This document shows positions 1-13,019 of a stretch of DNA of 64,000 nucleotides, in pieces. The notes beneath the pieces are model-generated. The model made no database searches, had not been told where the DNA came from, and saw nothing but the letters and a program-made list of their open reading frames with translations. The translations under genes and the position numbers were made by a program. The stretch is from contig OX597815.1 of NCBI GenBank assembly GCA_951406725.2, forward strand, positions 188,666,001 to 188,730,000. Direction: 5' to 3'. Source of the DNA: Octopus vulgaris (Eukaryota). Every line of letters starts with the position of its first letter. The first letter of the stretch is position 1.

Positions 1-571
1 ATCTGTTTTATCACTTGCATAGCAGCTGAATCATAAGAAAACTGTCTGTTGTAGATTACAAAAAAATGTCTGTTTCTATGCCGGAAAGACAACGTATTAA
101 CAAATAGAATTATCTAGACATGAACCTATAAGAACTGACACAGATTAACTTTATTAATGTGACTTTATTTACAATAAAGAAGCTCTTTAAAAGAAAAAAA
201 AGACAGAATATATCTATTAGAACGAAAATATTCTTATGATTGGCTGTTTATTCAGTCTGAGTGTTGTCGTTGGTGCAAAACTCGCAAGTTTTTAATACCT
301 ATCTGTAGTGCTGTTAGTGCAAATGAAGATCACTTCTCCTTTCAGATGTGAGCTATTGGCAGTAGATCAATCACTCAGCTGATGCTAGATTCCACTAAAG
401 AAAAAAAAAAACAGTAATATAGCATGCAGTGTGTACAAAAAACCTTGGACAGCATTTTTAAATAAGCAATGCCCCCACTCCCTATACCTGCCTACCCTAG
501 AGGCAATATGAAAGAATATTGTTTCCCTTGAAATAATCTCAATTTCTTCAAAAATTATTATTTGGTGTCTG

Positions 572-696
572 TTATTATTAAGGTCACTGCCTGAAATTGA
601 ACTTGGAATCTTGGGGTTAGTAACCCACCCAATATGCCATATGCCTGTGGGTAATTATGGAGTGAATTTTAGGGCTTATAAATCTAATATTCTACT
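572..696 (-). mobile_element. PLE family 1 3' UTR fragment containing a partly deleted tRNA-like cassette
   Basis: Homologous to 2071-2200 and to the reverse complement of 36178-36260 (ggtcactgcctgaaattgaacttggaatcttggggttagtaaccc...gggtaattat...agggcttataaatct). Confidence 0.75.
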
Positions 697-1405
697 TAGA
701 GAGGATATTAATTCCCAAACTTAACATACTTTATTAGAAGAGCTTTGTTATTCCTTAAAACAGATTCATCAACTTGCAGGGCAAACTGCTTCCCATGTAA
801 CTAGTTTCTCCCCCCCCCCCCACATTTTCAGTTGTTTTCATCAAGGTACCTCAATACTGAGGAATTTCTCAAAAGAATGATTTTGGTAACTTCAAATGTA
901 TTCTGTGTCATGACAGTTAAGATCTCGAAAGATTCCTCAGGCAAAATTTAAATTTCATTGTTTATTAGATATGGCTGACAGCTTTTGCAATTATCTTGGA
1001 AATATCATAGAATGTAAGTAATCCATTGTCTGCTTCATTTCATAGAATGGTTTCCCTTCTCAGAAATCACTACTTGATATTTTTTTCTAAGTATTCAAGT
1101 AATTTGTCTCTTTTGTATTTGTGCTTTGTTGCTAAATGGTTTCACATTTTACACAGTTATGCTCTCATTTAAAAGTGCTACCATGCACGTAAGACTGTGG
1201 TTTTGTAATGCTCTCTGGTGGTAGAATAACATTGTAGGCCAATTATTCCAGGAATATTACCATTTTTTTCCTTCATCACATTATTCATAGTTAATCTGTC
1301 AAATCGATTAAAAAAAAAAGCCCAATTAAGGGTCATGGAGTATTAAGTTCAAAGAATTCACTAATCCTAAGCTCCGGGAATTCTTCAATCACTGGCTTTA
1401 ACTTA

Positions 1406-1516
1406 ACAGGCATCCAACAACAGGACCTCCGTAATGCTATGATGGACCGTGAAGTCTGGCGTAGCATGGTAAATTCCATTGTCTCGACCACGGTCGAACA
1501 ATGATGATGATGATGA
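1406..1516 (+). mobile_element. 5'-truncated RTE-type LINE 3' end
   Basis: Matches 51249-51343, ends in (ATG)n, flanked by TSD ttaactta (1398-1405 / 1517-1524). Confidence 0.85.
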
Positions 1517-2028
1517 TTAACTTACAACGTAACTAAGAGATCCTCATTACTTCAGCCACTGACCAGAGGTTACAATATACAGAGAACCTGACGGTACATC
1601 TGTTGTAGCTAAATCCTTCTGTCCAAAAGAGACTCCTCGAATCTTCTTGTCCTTCACATCACATCACTTCTCCTTCTCCTTTTGCTTCCAGTTATCTCCC
1701 ACAACTGCTCCCTTCTGCTTATCCGATTTCATCTTCAGTGCATGACCCATTATGTCACATGTCACCTAATTCACTTAAATAATAAATGATAGGCAATGCT
1801 ATTATCTTTGTCGTTATTAATGCTATCATCTTTGTCTTTATAATATCAGTTACTAAGAATGAATGACATAAGTTAAACTTAAAACATATGTGATTAAAAT
1901 ATATAATTTGATTTGTTTACACACCTAACTCCAAGGTGCCATGTAAAAATCATCAGTTCTGGTGCTGGTGCCATATAAAAAGCAATGGTGATGGTTTTAT
2001 GTAAAAAGCAATGGTTCTCAAGCCTTGT

Positions 2029-2705
2029 AAACCTGGGTTATCATTCCTAAAATATTTTTCGATGTTGTTGTTATTAAGGTCACTGCCTGGAATTGAATTC
2101 AGAAACTTGGGGTTAGCAGCCCACATTCTTAACTACTACACCATATACCTGTGGGCAATTATGCAGTGAATGTTAGGGCTTATAAATCTGATATTTTACT
2201 ATCCTTCCTTAATACCAGTTCCCATATGCTGTTCATATCTGCACTCGGTCTGCTTAGGAGGTCGTTGTGTCCTAGCATGATGCTGTTTCTTTTAGTTTTC
2301 ATGTTTTCCAGTGGTGTTCTCTGTCTATTATTTTAACTTCATCCCACAGGGGGAGGTAGTCTCCATTTTTCCATACATGATCAGCTACACCCGATTTATC
2401 AATATCTCCTTGTGTCACAGCTTTGCAATGTTCCTCTACCCTTATTTTGAGGGGGCGGCATGTTTTGCCTTTGTATAACCTTCAACTGCTGCTTGGGATG
2501 GAGTACACGCAGTCTTTGGTCATATTCTCTTCTATTGGTAGTTTTACCCGAAGGAGATATTTGCAAAGTGTTGTATTACCCTTGAATACTGTCCTGATGT
2601 CATATGAGCTGCATATCTTTTGTATCTTTTCAGAGAGGCCTTTCACATAGCATAGACAGACCGTGGTCAGTTTATGGGTTTCATCCTCTCTTTTCTTCAT
2701 ACTTT
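2029..2705 (-). mobile_element. Degenerate Penelope-like element (family 1): linker, GIY-YIG endonuclease, and 3' UTR with tRNA-like cassette
   Basis: Minus translation LCYVKGLSEKIQKIC...DCVYSIPSSS*RLYKGKTCRPLKIRVEEH...SGVADHVW...WDEVKIIDRE matches the PLE GIY-YIG pattern. 2029-2150 matches the element at 36178-36420. Confidence 0.88.
2078..2150 (-). ncRNA. tRNA-like (Pol III A/B box) cassette inside the PLE 3' UTR
   Basis: Minus strand aggtatatggtgtagtagttaagaatgtgggctgctaaccccaagtttctgaattcaattccaggcagtgacc, 73 nt, cloverleaf-like; not an intact tRNA gene. Confidence 0.7.
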
Positions 2706-2964
2706 ATATCAACTTTATATGTAACCATAGTTAGAAAATGGAAACCAAGTGTATCAGCAAGAAAAAAGGTTATTGACCAACTTCACAACAAGGAAAGTAA
2801 CTTTCTTTTGCTCTTCAGATGTTGCCAAACATCTTTGTGCAATTTTTGTTAAGTGTTATTTTATCTATGCTGGGAAACCTAATGAAGAAGCTGGTTAGTT
2901 GAAATATAGAAGTCAATTTATGGTTCCACTCTTTCTCTTAGTTGAGAGGTTTTAGTCTTCAGAG

Positions 2965-3310
2965 CTCACAGGTGCTGATGTCTCATAAAAGGCACCCAGT
3001 ACAGTCTATATAGTGGTTGGCATTAGGAAGGGCACCTAGCCAGGTACTGGTGCCATGTAAAAAACACCGAAGCTGGTGCCACATAAAAAGCACCTGTGCT
3101 GGTACCATATAATAAGCACTGGTGTTGGTGCCATGCAAAAGCACCCAGTACACTCTATAAAGTGGTTGACATTAGGAAGGGCACCCAACCATAGAAACCA
3201 CTCCAAAACAGACAATTGGGGCCTTGTGCAGCTCCCTGGATCGCCAGCTTTTGTCAAACTGCCCAACTGGTGCCAGCATGGAAAACGGATGTTAAATGAT
3301 GATGTTGATG
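2965..3310 (+). mobile_element. RTE LINE 3' UTR fragment with a few internal ggtgccatgtaaaaagcacc-type repeats
   Basis: ...ggcattaggaagggc...gccagcatggaaaacggatgttaaatgatgatg tail shared with many copies. Confidence 0.75.
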
Positions 3311-3879
3311 AGTGGTGAAATCAACGTTGGGATGAACTTAATGGCTGAGAGAAAATAATAATCAAGTCCATGAGTTTTATCAAGTTAATATGTTGTACAA
3401 GATGGGAATCCAAAATTTTGGGACAACCTTTCATCTCAGGTGACAAAAACTATTCTAAAAGATTCCATGGGGTTCTGACCATAAATATATGTTAAAGCAG
3501 AGAGAAAGAAGGAGTAGGATTACCAAGTCAGGCTGACGTAAATTAAAAAATAATATGAGAGAGCACTTGTAGTAGGGTGTAAGCCAGGATACTTTAAAAA
3601 GTAAATCATTGAGATTAGAATGAACTTGGAATGACCTGACTGAAAAAGGGAAAATTAGGAGGGGGTTAGATCATCATATGCTAAACAGATGGTAATAGAA
3701 GGACAGGGGAATGAAGGCGCTTGGTGTTTGTAGCTCAAATGACAAGGTAAAATATTGAATGCATGCTTAGCAGTATAAATAATTCAAATGTAACTTGTGA
3801 AGGAAGGAAATATTTTTGTGTGATATGAAAAAAGAAGTCTGTGGAAAAAATGATGAGAGGGTTATAAACATATATAGTA

Positions 3880-4049
3880 TATGCGTGTAGGTACACAAAC
3901 ATATGCACACATACATGTACACACACACATATATACATGTGTAGATATACATGTATATATATATATGTATATATATATATGTATGTGTATATATATATAT
4001 ATATCTGTATATATATATATATGTATATATATACATGTATATATATATA

Positions 4050-4091
<42 letters not shown>

Positions 4092-4106
4092 CATGTATAT
4101 ATATAT
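3880..4106. repeat. Compound (TA)n/(CA)n microsatellite
   Basis: Direct inspection. Confidence 0.95.
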
Positions 4107-4293
4107 AACTAATCAATGAAGGTAATATCACATTTATTATTGAGATATAATCATTTCAATAACAGGTGGGATGGATAAATCATTTAACATGATTGGACAT
4201 ATATAAACAGCAACTATGCTGTTTCATATTACACGAAAATACAATCCTGTGCACACACAGACACACACACACATATATGTACACATCATATAC

Positions 4294-4327
<34 letters not shown>

Positions 4328-4328
4328 A

Positions 4329-4600
4329 TCATCATCATCACCATCATCCTCATCATCTTTTAACGTCCGTTTTCTATGCTGGCATGGGTTGGACGGTTTG
4401 ACTGAGGTTTGCTAAACCCAGCGGCTGCACCAGTCTCCATTCTAATCTGGCAAGGTTTCTACAGCTGGATGCCCTTCCTAATGCCAACCACTCCGAGAGT
4501 GTAGTGGGTGCTTTTTTATGTGCCATTGGCATAGGAATCAGTCAGGTGGCCCTGGCATTGACCTTGTTTGGGTGGTGCTTTTTATGTGCCACCCGCATGG
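4329..4600 (-). mobile_element. RTE 3' UTR fragment
   Basis: (CAT)n + ttaacgtccgttttctatgctggcatgggttggacgg...ggatgcccttcctaatgccaaccac. Confidence 0.8.
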
Positions 4601-7494
4601 CACTCAGATATAGCAGTCAAATTTCCCTCAAATCACATTTTATCATCTTAACTAAAGAAACACCCGACATACATCTAACAAAGCAACGTAGTCAGTGTTG
4701 AGGCACTTTTTGTAGGTCTGCTTAGTGTAGAGCTATGACTAAGCACCAGCAGCATCATTACCACCATTCTTTAAATCATTAAACCATTATTTTATGAAGA
4801 CAAAGAAATATCTCTATTACCCATTTGAATTAAGAAGGCAACAATGAAAGCAAATTGTTTTTTATGTATTTTGTTTAAAAAGATATATTTTACTTTTACA
4901 GCTTATAATTTTAATTGATGGAGACTAGATCAAACTATCTTTTGTAGCCATTATAGAAATAATTTGTAATATATTTAGAACTTTTAATAATATTCAGTCA
5001 GAGTCTAGTTTATAATTGGCAAATCAGATATTTTTTTATTCATTCCCAAGACGTCTTTTCCAGTTCTTAGATATTTAGTTAATATGATTCAACCAAATGT
5101 AAGCCTGTCTTGGGGGAATAAATAAACCTCAATGGAAGATTTATGTGGTAACTTTCACTTTCTCTATTGTAATAGATATCAAACTTGGTGTTTTATTCAT
5201 GCATACAGCTCTTTGTATCTGTTGGCTTACTTAGCGTCAGCTGGGGTATATGTATATGAAATAGGTAGTTTGTCAGTTAGGTAATCAATTTCTCTTTCTA
5301 TTGAATTCTGAGATCATTGATGCAACTAGCAAAACTTTTTGAGTTCTTATCCTTTCTTTATATTTCTGATTTTTCTGACTGTAAAAGAAATAATCACCTG
5401 CCACAAAATATTTCCATCTTAATTTATTTTGATTGTTAATAAAGCTTTCTTTCCATCTATTGCTCATATTTTATTATGCAGTAAACAAAATAAAACGTAA
5501 AGAAATGTCAAAGAATAAAATAAGCAATAATATAATATATTCATGTATTTTCCTTTCTTCAATTCTGGAAACAAAATGAAATAAAAAAAAAAAGAAAGTA
5601 AAAAAAAATAGAGATATTTATAAAAATAGAAATTATATTTCATCCTTTGTTCTCATTCTTGGGTTCACTGCCAGAAAGCTCAACACTGCTTCAATATAGC
5701 TTTTCATGTATAAAAATGATTGAAAGAGAGACTTTGAAAAGAAATGAATACATTATTGAGAAAAAGTGTGTCTGTAATGATAGGGGTACACTTTCATTTA
5801 GTAACAGATACTATGCTTCTACTTCAGACAAGTGAAAGTTCATATATAGAAATTAATTTATTGTTGATATAATACGGACAGGGAAATAATACAAAGTATT
5901 ATCATAAGAAAGATTTGAAAATCAGAGATAAAATCAGAGTTACTTCTGGAAAGGCTATGAAAAGATAGATGCACAAAAATTTCCTACCAAATTGATGAAA
6001 TAGTTTTGTCTTGTGAACATTGATAACAACTAGCTTATCAAGGATGTTAGAAGAAGGCATAGCTGCAACATTTCCCATTTTTCTAGCCCTTGGGGTCAAT
6101 AAGGCTAGCCGCAACATTTCCCATTTTTCTAGCCCCTGGAGTCAATAGAGCCAATCAAAAATGACTCTATTTTCACCTTTGTTTATTTGGTAAATAAATA
6201 TTTATCTTTGTAAAAATTTTGATCTGACTTTACCTATGCATATTTAAAAATATATATGTTGATCTAGAAAAGTCCTATCTTGAAATATTATCAATTCAAA
6301 AATAGGATAAAATCTTCATAAGAATTTATCAAGTAGTTAGTAAGGGAAAAAAAACCATCAATTTTTTTCTTTAAATTTATTTATCTATGTTATATAGAGG
6401 GCATTATTACACATAAATGCCACACACTAGGAGGGACTCTTAAAGTCAAAACTACTAAAATAAATAAACACATCGTACCAAAACCATGTGTTCATTTATT
6501 TATTTTAGTAGATTTGAAATCTTATCTATGTGTTGATTTAGAAAAATCTTATCTTGCTATATCAAGTAAGATGGCTTATCTTGCAATATCAAAAAATTAT
6601 ATCTGCATTTATTGTATTCTAAATCAACTCAAACATTTCCAATTTCAAATTGTTAAAAGGTAAATCTGAAAGACTAAGCTTGATCAATGAAGATGAAATG
6701 CTAAAGATTTAATTGTGAGGTTATGGTTGAGGCAACCAGAATACAACAGCATTAGTAAGAAGGAAATAAGTGGTGCTATTACAATTCATAATATGAGAAC
6801 ACAGTTCAACAAACGTGTGTAAAATAAAGATAATGTAATTTCAAGTTGAATGTAAATCAAAACGTTTGTTCTAGATGTAATGTCGTTCTTAATGTTGTAA
6901 TAAGACAATTTATCAAATTAACATTTACTTAACATTCCATGAATTCATATTGTAAAAATATCATTATCTCACATCATTATTTTCATTTATTTTTACTTTT
7001 ATATTTGTTGTATTTTTGATTCCATTATTTGCATTCATGCCAGGTTAGTTCACTCAGTCATCATATAACAGTTTGGAAAGTTGCGTTTCCATTATATTTA
7101 AACAACAAAGGTTGGAATCTTTAGAAAAGATCAGAAGGAAAGAAAAATTGAATGTGATAACTTGGTATTTAGCTAATTTATTTGAGATACATTAAATATC
7201 TAAATTAAATGATAGATGCATGATCTCCAAGAACAATACATAGCATGAGTGCTATGTCCTACTTTAAAACAATTTATTCTATTTCATTTAATATAGTTAG
7301 GTGCAAAATAGTTTCTTGCTAAGAAAAGTATCATGCTATTCTTTCATCGTAATAATTGTTTGGTGTTGTCTGAAGTTGTGTATGATTACATATATATTAA
7401 CATGCTTGCAACTATCATTTGAATTTAGAATTTTATACAAAACGTATTTTGTTATTGCTCTCAGTTGATATTGGTGGTACTAATTTTTGATGTT

Positions 7495-7757
7495 TCGGCA
7501 TGTAAAAAGCACCAACCGATCGTGGCTGTTGCCAGCCTTGCTTGGCACCTGTGCTGGTGGCACATAAAAAACACCCACTACATTCACGGAGTGGTTGGCA
7601 TTAGGAAGGGCATCCAGCTGTAGAAACAAAGCTAAATCAGACTGGGCCTGGTGCAGCCTCCTGGCTTCCCAGACCCCAGTTGAACCGTCCAACCCATGCT
7701 AGCATGGAAAGCAGATGTTAAACGATGATAATGATGATGATGAGGATGATGATGATG
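7495..7757 (+). mobile_element. RTE 3' UTR fragment
   Basis: Same tail family, ending ...catggaaagcagatgttaaacgatgat. Confidence 0.8.
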
Positions 7758-8917
7758 TTTATGTTATCCTATATCCTTAGATTTAAATTTCTTGTTTCAG
7801 TTATTATATGTGATATAGATTTATGTATATGATATTATGGCATGATATCCGATATTGCAAAATGTTGATAGCTTCTGTCTACATTACCAAAATTATTTGA
7901 ATATATAATTCTTTTTATCAGTGTCTAAGATATTTTCACTTAAGTGTTATAAAAGATACTATAAGAGTGTCACACCAAAACTTGATTACAAGGATATCAG
8001 GTGTATTCTTCATACATTGATCTTAGTGAACTGCCAGTAGTTACAGGGAAGTCAGTCAATTTATTTCCATTTAGACTGTGAAATGATCATTGCTATTCTG
8101 TGCTATGATAAATATATCCTAGAGTGAAATTTTTTTTGATGGCTTTTAGGTTTTCATTTTATCAGCGAAATCTAACCAAATTCGCTCTGTCTTTTCATTT
8201 AGTATAGTTTATTCTTTTGAAGGTTACAGTCATGACTGACTCCAAGCTGAGAGACAACATTTAAGGATTTTAACCAATTATATCAATCCAATACTTAGAC
8301 TGGTACTTATTTGATCGATCTCTACTTTTCAAAGTGTTAGTGTTTATTGACATATTAACTTATGTCACTTTTCACAAGTTTACTCCCTAAGGGTCATAAG
8401 TAACGCATGTTGCACCGGTTTGCACCACTATGCACTTACACAAAAACAACATACATGCACACATATATACATACATGTGCATCCACACACACATACACAC
8501 AAACTTACCTGTGCATTCAGGCAAACATTATTATTCATGTGTATATCTTTTATCTTTAATGTGTTTCAGTGACATGCTGAGGCACAACCTTGAAGGGTTT
8601 GCCTGCATAAATTGACTCCAGTACATATTTTTAAGCCTGCCCCTTTATTCCGTCAGTCTCCTTTTGCTGAATGGCTAACTTACAGGGATGTAAACAAACC
8701 AACGTCAGTTATCAAATAGTGGTAGGGAACAAACACAAAGGCATGCACACATACCCACACATCTGTATGCAGACAATTCACCGACAGGTAATTCCCACAT
8801 GGCCTCAGACACAACACGGATGCCTACATCAAGTGCGTAGAGGAGGTTGTGTTGCCTTGGGTCAAGAGGGTGGCTGCTGGAACACCCTATGCCTGGCAAC
8901 AGGACTCTGTACCATAC

Positions 8918-9385
8918 CTATTTCTTTACTACCCACAAGGGGCTAAACATAGATGGGACAAAGACAGACATAGGTATTAAGTCGATTACATCAACCCCAG
9001 TGCGTAACTGGTACTTAACTTATCGACCCCGAAAGGATGAAAGGCAAAGTCGACCTCGGCGGAATTTGAACTCACAACATTACAACAGATGAATTACAGC
9101 TACGCATTTCACCCGACGTGCTAACGTTTCTGCCAGCTCGCCGACTTCCATACCTATTTCTTTACTACCCACAAGGGGCTAAACACAGAGGGAATAGACA
9201 AGGACAGACACACGTGTTTAAGTCAATTACATTGACCTCAGTGCATAACTGGTACTTAATTTATCGACCTCGAAAGGATGAAACACAAAGTCAACCTCGG
9301 TGGAATTTGAACTTAGAACATAGCGGCAGACGAAATACCACTAAGCATTTCGCCTGGTGTGCTAATGATTCTGCTAGCTCGCCAC
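8918..9385 (-). mobile_element. Two adjacent full-length copies of the ~230-bp tRNA-derived SINE family B (Meta-domain-like)
   Basis: Head ggcgagctggcagaaacgttagc, B box gagttcaaattcc, core gcctttcatcctttcggggtcgataa, tail gtaaagaaata; flanking repeat ctctgtac(c/t)atac. Confidence 0.85.
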
Positions 9386-9457
9386 CTCTGTACTATACCA
9401 CAAAACTGTCCTGCCTGTTGGCCAGCTGTCTGTTGACAAGTTGTTCGTCTATCTACA

Positions 9458-10955
9458 CATCATCATCATCATCATTTAGCATCTGTTTTCCATGCTGGCA
9501 TGGGTCAAACATTTTGACTGGAACTGGGAAGCTAGAGAGCTGCTCCAGGCTCCAATCTGATTTGGCTTGGTTTTTATGACTGGATGCCCTTCTTAATGAC
9601 AACCACTTCACAGAATGTACTGAGGAGCTTTAACATGTCATTGGCATGGGTGCCTTTTATGTGCCACTGGTATGGGTATCTTTTATGTGCCGCTGGCATG
9701 GGTATCTTTTATGTGCCGCAGGTATTGGTGCCTTTTATGTTCCACTGGCATGGGTGCCTTTCATGTGCCACTGGTATGGGAATCTTTTATGTGCCACTGG
9801 CATGGGTATCTCTTATGTGCCACTGGCATGGGTATCTTTTATGTGCCACAGGTATGGGTGCCTTTTATGTGCCACTGGCATGGGTATCTTTTATGTGCCA
9901 CTGGCATGGGTATCTGTTATGTGCCACTGGCATGGGTGCCTTTTATGTGCCACTGGCATGGGTATCTTTTATGTGCCACTGGCATGGGTATCCTTTTATG
10001 TTCCACTGGCATGGGTATCTTTTATGTTCCACTGGCATGGATGCCTTTTATGTGCCACTGGTATGGGTTTATTTTACGTTCCACTGGCATGGGTATCTTT
10101 TATGTGCCACTGGTATGGGTATCTTTTATGTGCCACTGGCATGGGTATCTTCTATGTGCCACTGGCATGGATGCCTTTTATGTGCCACTGGTATGGGTTT
10201 ATTTTACATGCCACTGGCATGGGTATCTTTTATGTGCCACTGGTATGGGTATCTTTCATGTTCCACTGGCATGGGTGTCTTCTATGTGCCACTGGCATAG
10301 ATGCCTTTTATGTACCACTGGTATAGGTATCTTTTATGTGCCACTGGCATGGGTATCTTCTATGTGCCACTGGCATGGATGCCTTTTATGTGCCACTGGT
10401 ATGGGTATCTTTTATGTGCCACTGGCATAAGTATCTCCTATGTGCCACTGGCATGGGTGCCTTTTATGTGCCACTGGTATGGGTATATTTTATGTGCCAC
10501 TGGCATGGGTATCTTCTATGTGCCACTGGCATGGATGCCTTTTATGCGCCACTGGCATGGGTATCTTTTATGTGCCACTGGTATGGGTATTTTTTATGTG
10601 CCACTGGCATGGGTATCTTCTATGTGCCACTGGCATGGGTGCCTTTTATGTGCCACTGGCATGGGCTTATTTTACATGCCACCAGCACTGGATACTACAA
10701 TGATTTTACTTAGCTTGACATGTCTTCTCATGCACAGCAAATGGCCAACAGTTTCTGTCACTTGTTATGACTTCTGTGAGACTCAACATCCGAAGATCAT
10801 ATTTCCCCATCTCATCCAACATCTTCCTGGGTCTACCTCTTCAACAGGTTCCCTCCACACTAAGAAATCGGCACTTCTTTATGGAGCAGTCCTCATCCAT
10901 ACACATCACATAGCTTTACCAATGCAGTCTTCTCTCTTGCACACTACATCTAATG
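9458..10955 (-). mobile_element. 5'-truncated RTE LINE: C-terminal ORF remnant plus 3' UTR holding an expanded minisatellite
   Basis: Minus translation IRCSVQERRLHW*...VEGTC*RGRPRKMLDE...DRNCW is an RTE C-terminus; (CAT)n tail at 9458. Confidence 0.85.
9635..10680. repeat. 26-bp minisatellite, ~40 copies (gtgccactggcatgggtatcttttat)
   Basis: Units read directly; one 27-bp unit near 9973; no unique spacers. Confidence 0.97.
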
Positions 10956-11160
10956 GAGTTCTTTGGGCTTTGCAAGAGTTTTTGGTGAACCCACTCAACT
11001 GTCTCTTCTGATGTTAGTGGTCGTCCAGATCCTTTTGCCCTGCACAGACAGCCTCCCTTATTTAATTTTTTTTGCCATGTCCAAATCTGCATTGCTATTA
11101 GTGACATTTTAGAGAACTCTCTCACAAATGCCTGCTGCACAGTCTTGTTCGACTGTGTTT
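10950..11160 (-). pseudogene. N-terminal HTH fragment of a rosa/maT-like mariner transposase (DUF4817-type)
   Basis: TVQQAFVREF...IWTWQKKLNKGGCLCRAKGSGRPLTSEETVEWVHQKLLQSPKNSIR. Confidence 0.7.
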
Positions 11161-11270
11161 GTTAAGGCCAGTCAGAGAGTGACCATTAGTTTCTCTTCCT
11201 ATAAAGCACTGAGTTGTATAGGTAACTTGTCTGACTCAATGGTCATTTGAGCCTGAAAACCTTCTAAATG

Positions 11271-12553
11271 CAGGGATTGGACAAAATAATGGAAACACCT
11301 AGCATCATAGCATCATAATTTTGTAATATCTATAAAACCATTAAAAGCTTGTTTATTTTTATGTTTTTTGTTTTATTATTAGTGTTGCTTAATATATTTT
11401 GCTAAAATTGCTGCTTCTTTTCAGATATCGTAAGAAAAAGGTAATTAAAATCCATTAAAATGACAGACCTATTGGACTTTCAAAGAGGTCAAATTGTTGG
11501 TGCTCGTATGGTAGGTGCTAGCATAAAGAAAATAGCCGAAATGTTTGGTGTATCAAGAAGGACTGTCTCAAAAGTAATCACAGCCTTTAAAATAGAGGGA
11601 AAACCCTCCTCATTGAAAACTCTGGAAGAAAACTAAAACTTTCAGATAGGGACCGTCAGACTCTTACGCAAATTGCAAAAAAGGATCACAAAAGTACAGC
11701 TCCCAAAATTACTGCAGAGCTTAATGGCCACTTTGAGAACCCAGTTTTCACAAAAACTGTTCACAGGGAGCTGCACACAGCCGGATTTCACAGGAGGGCT
11801 GCAATCAGAAAATCACTACTTTCAAAAACAAATGTTGCAAAGCATTTAGCTTAGAGTAAAAACCTACAGAATTGGTCCCTAGAGCAGTAGAAGAATGTTA
11901 TTTTCTTGGACGAGTCATCCTTTACTTTATTTCCAACCACCTGCCGAGTATACATGTGGAGACAGCCAAAAAAAGCATTTGACCCAGACTGCCTTCTTCC
12001 AACTGTTAAACATGGAGGAGGATCTGTGATGATTTGGGGTGGGGTGGGGGTGGGAGCTATATCCTGGAAATCCACTGGCCCAATGGTTTCCCTTTATGGC
12101 AGAATTAATATTCAAGACTATTTAAGCATTTTATCTGATCAAATTCATTCTATGGTTGTGGAATTGTTTCCAGAGGGAAACACAATCTATCAGGATGACA
12201 ATGCACCAATTCACAAAGCTAAAGTTGTTACTGAATGGCACAAGAAACATTGTAGTGAAGTTGAGCATCTTATCTGGCCACCACAGTCCCCAGATCACAA
12301 TATTATCAAATATGGTGCATTTTAGTAAAAAAACAAGTAAGAAGTTGATATCCTCCACCATCATCACTACAAGAACTAGAGACTGTTTTAGCTGAAGAAT
12401 GGTCAAAAATTCCTTTGGAAAAAATTCAAACTTTGTACGGGTCTATACCTCATAGAATTCATGCTGTAATTACTGCCAAAGGCGGTCCTACTCCATATTA
12501 AAATAAATCTGTTTGAAATTTCAAGGTGTTTCCATTATTTTGTCCAGCCACTG
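11271..12553 (+). mobile_element. Full-length decayed Tc1 transposon (1283 bp)
   Basis: 30-bp TIRs (11271-11300 / 12524-12553, 27/30 match: ...tggacaaaataatggaaacacct); TA on the right flank, TG on the left. Confidence 0.95.
11460..12501 (+). pseudogene. Tc1 transposase pseudogene
   Basis: MTDLLDFQRGQIVGARM...; DESSF, VKHGGGSVMIWG, QDDNAPIH, WPPQSPD, ...KGGPTPY*; frameshifts and stops; catalytic E apparently lost. Confidence 0.92.
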
Positions 12554-12626
12554 TATATTCTAATATTGTTCTAATCTTTTAGAGTAAGCTTCTTTTTCGG
12601 ACATATACATTCAGGCATATCTATAA

Positions 12627-12987
12627 GCACAGACATGGCTATGTGGTTCTGGGTTCAGTTCCACTGTGCAGTAGTACCTTGGGCATGTGTCTTCTACTAC
12701 AGTCCTGGGCCAACCAAAGCCATATAAGTGGATTTGGTAGACAGAAACTGAAATGGGTCGTGTGTGTGTGAGTTTGTGTCTACATTTGTCTTGGCATCAC
12801 ATAATGGTTTTAAACGAGCGTCACTATCACACAAGCCATGTCGTGCACTTCCAATCTTCCATGGAAAACATGTTTGAGCATATAAAATACTGCCTTGTTT
12901 GGTAAATGTTGGTGATAGGAAGGGTATCTGGCCATTGAAAATCTGCCTCAACAAATTCTGTCTGACACATGCCAACATGGAAAATGG

Positions 12988-12990
<3 letters not shown>
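12627..12990 (+). mobile_element. Chimeric SINE: family A (CORE-like) head with an RTE-type tail
   Basis: gggttcagttccactg...accttgggcatgtgtcttctac head; ...aggaagggtatctggcc...catgccaacatggaaaatggac tail. A similar older copy lies at ~26895-27260 (-). Confidence 0.7.

Positions 12991-13019
<29 letters not shown>

Noticed and set aside
969-1013. 45-nt plus-strand micro-exon (MADSFCNYLGNIIE)
   Set aside because: Good splice sites, but no partner exons or recognised homology; such a match is expected by chance in 64 kb.
9584-11011. 200-250 aa Cys/His/Trp-rich ORFs, or a CRISPR-like array
   Set aside because: Contiguous 26-bp units without spacers and no cas genes. The ORFs are open in all three frames because most units lack stops, and they lie antisense to an RTE UTR.
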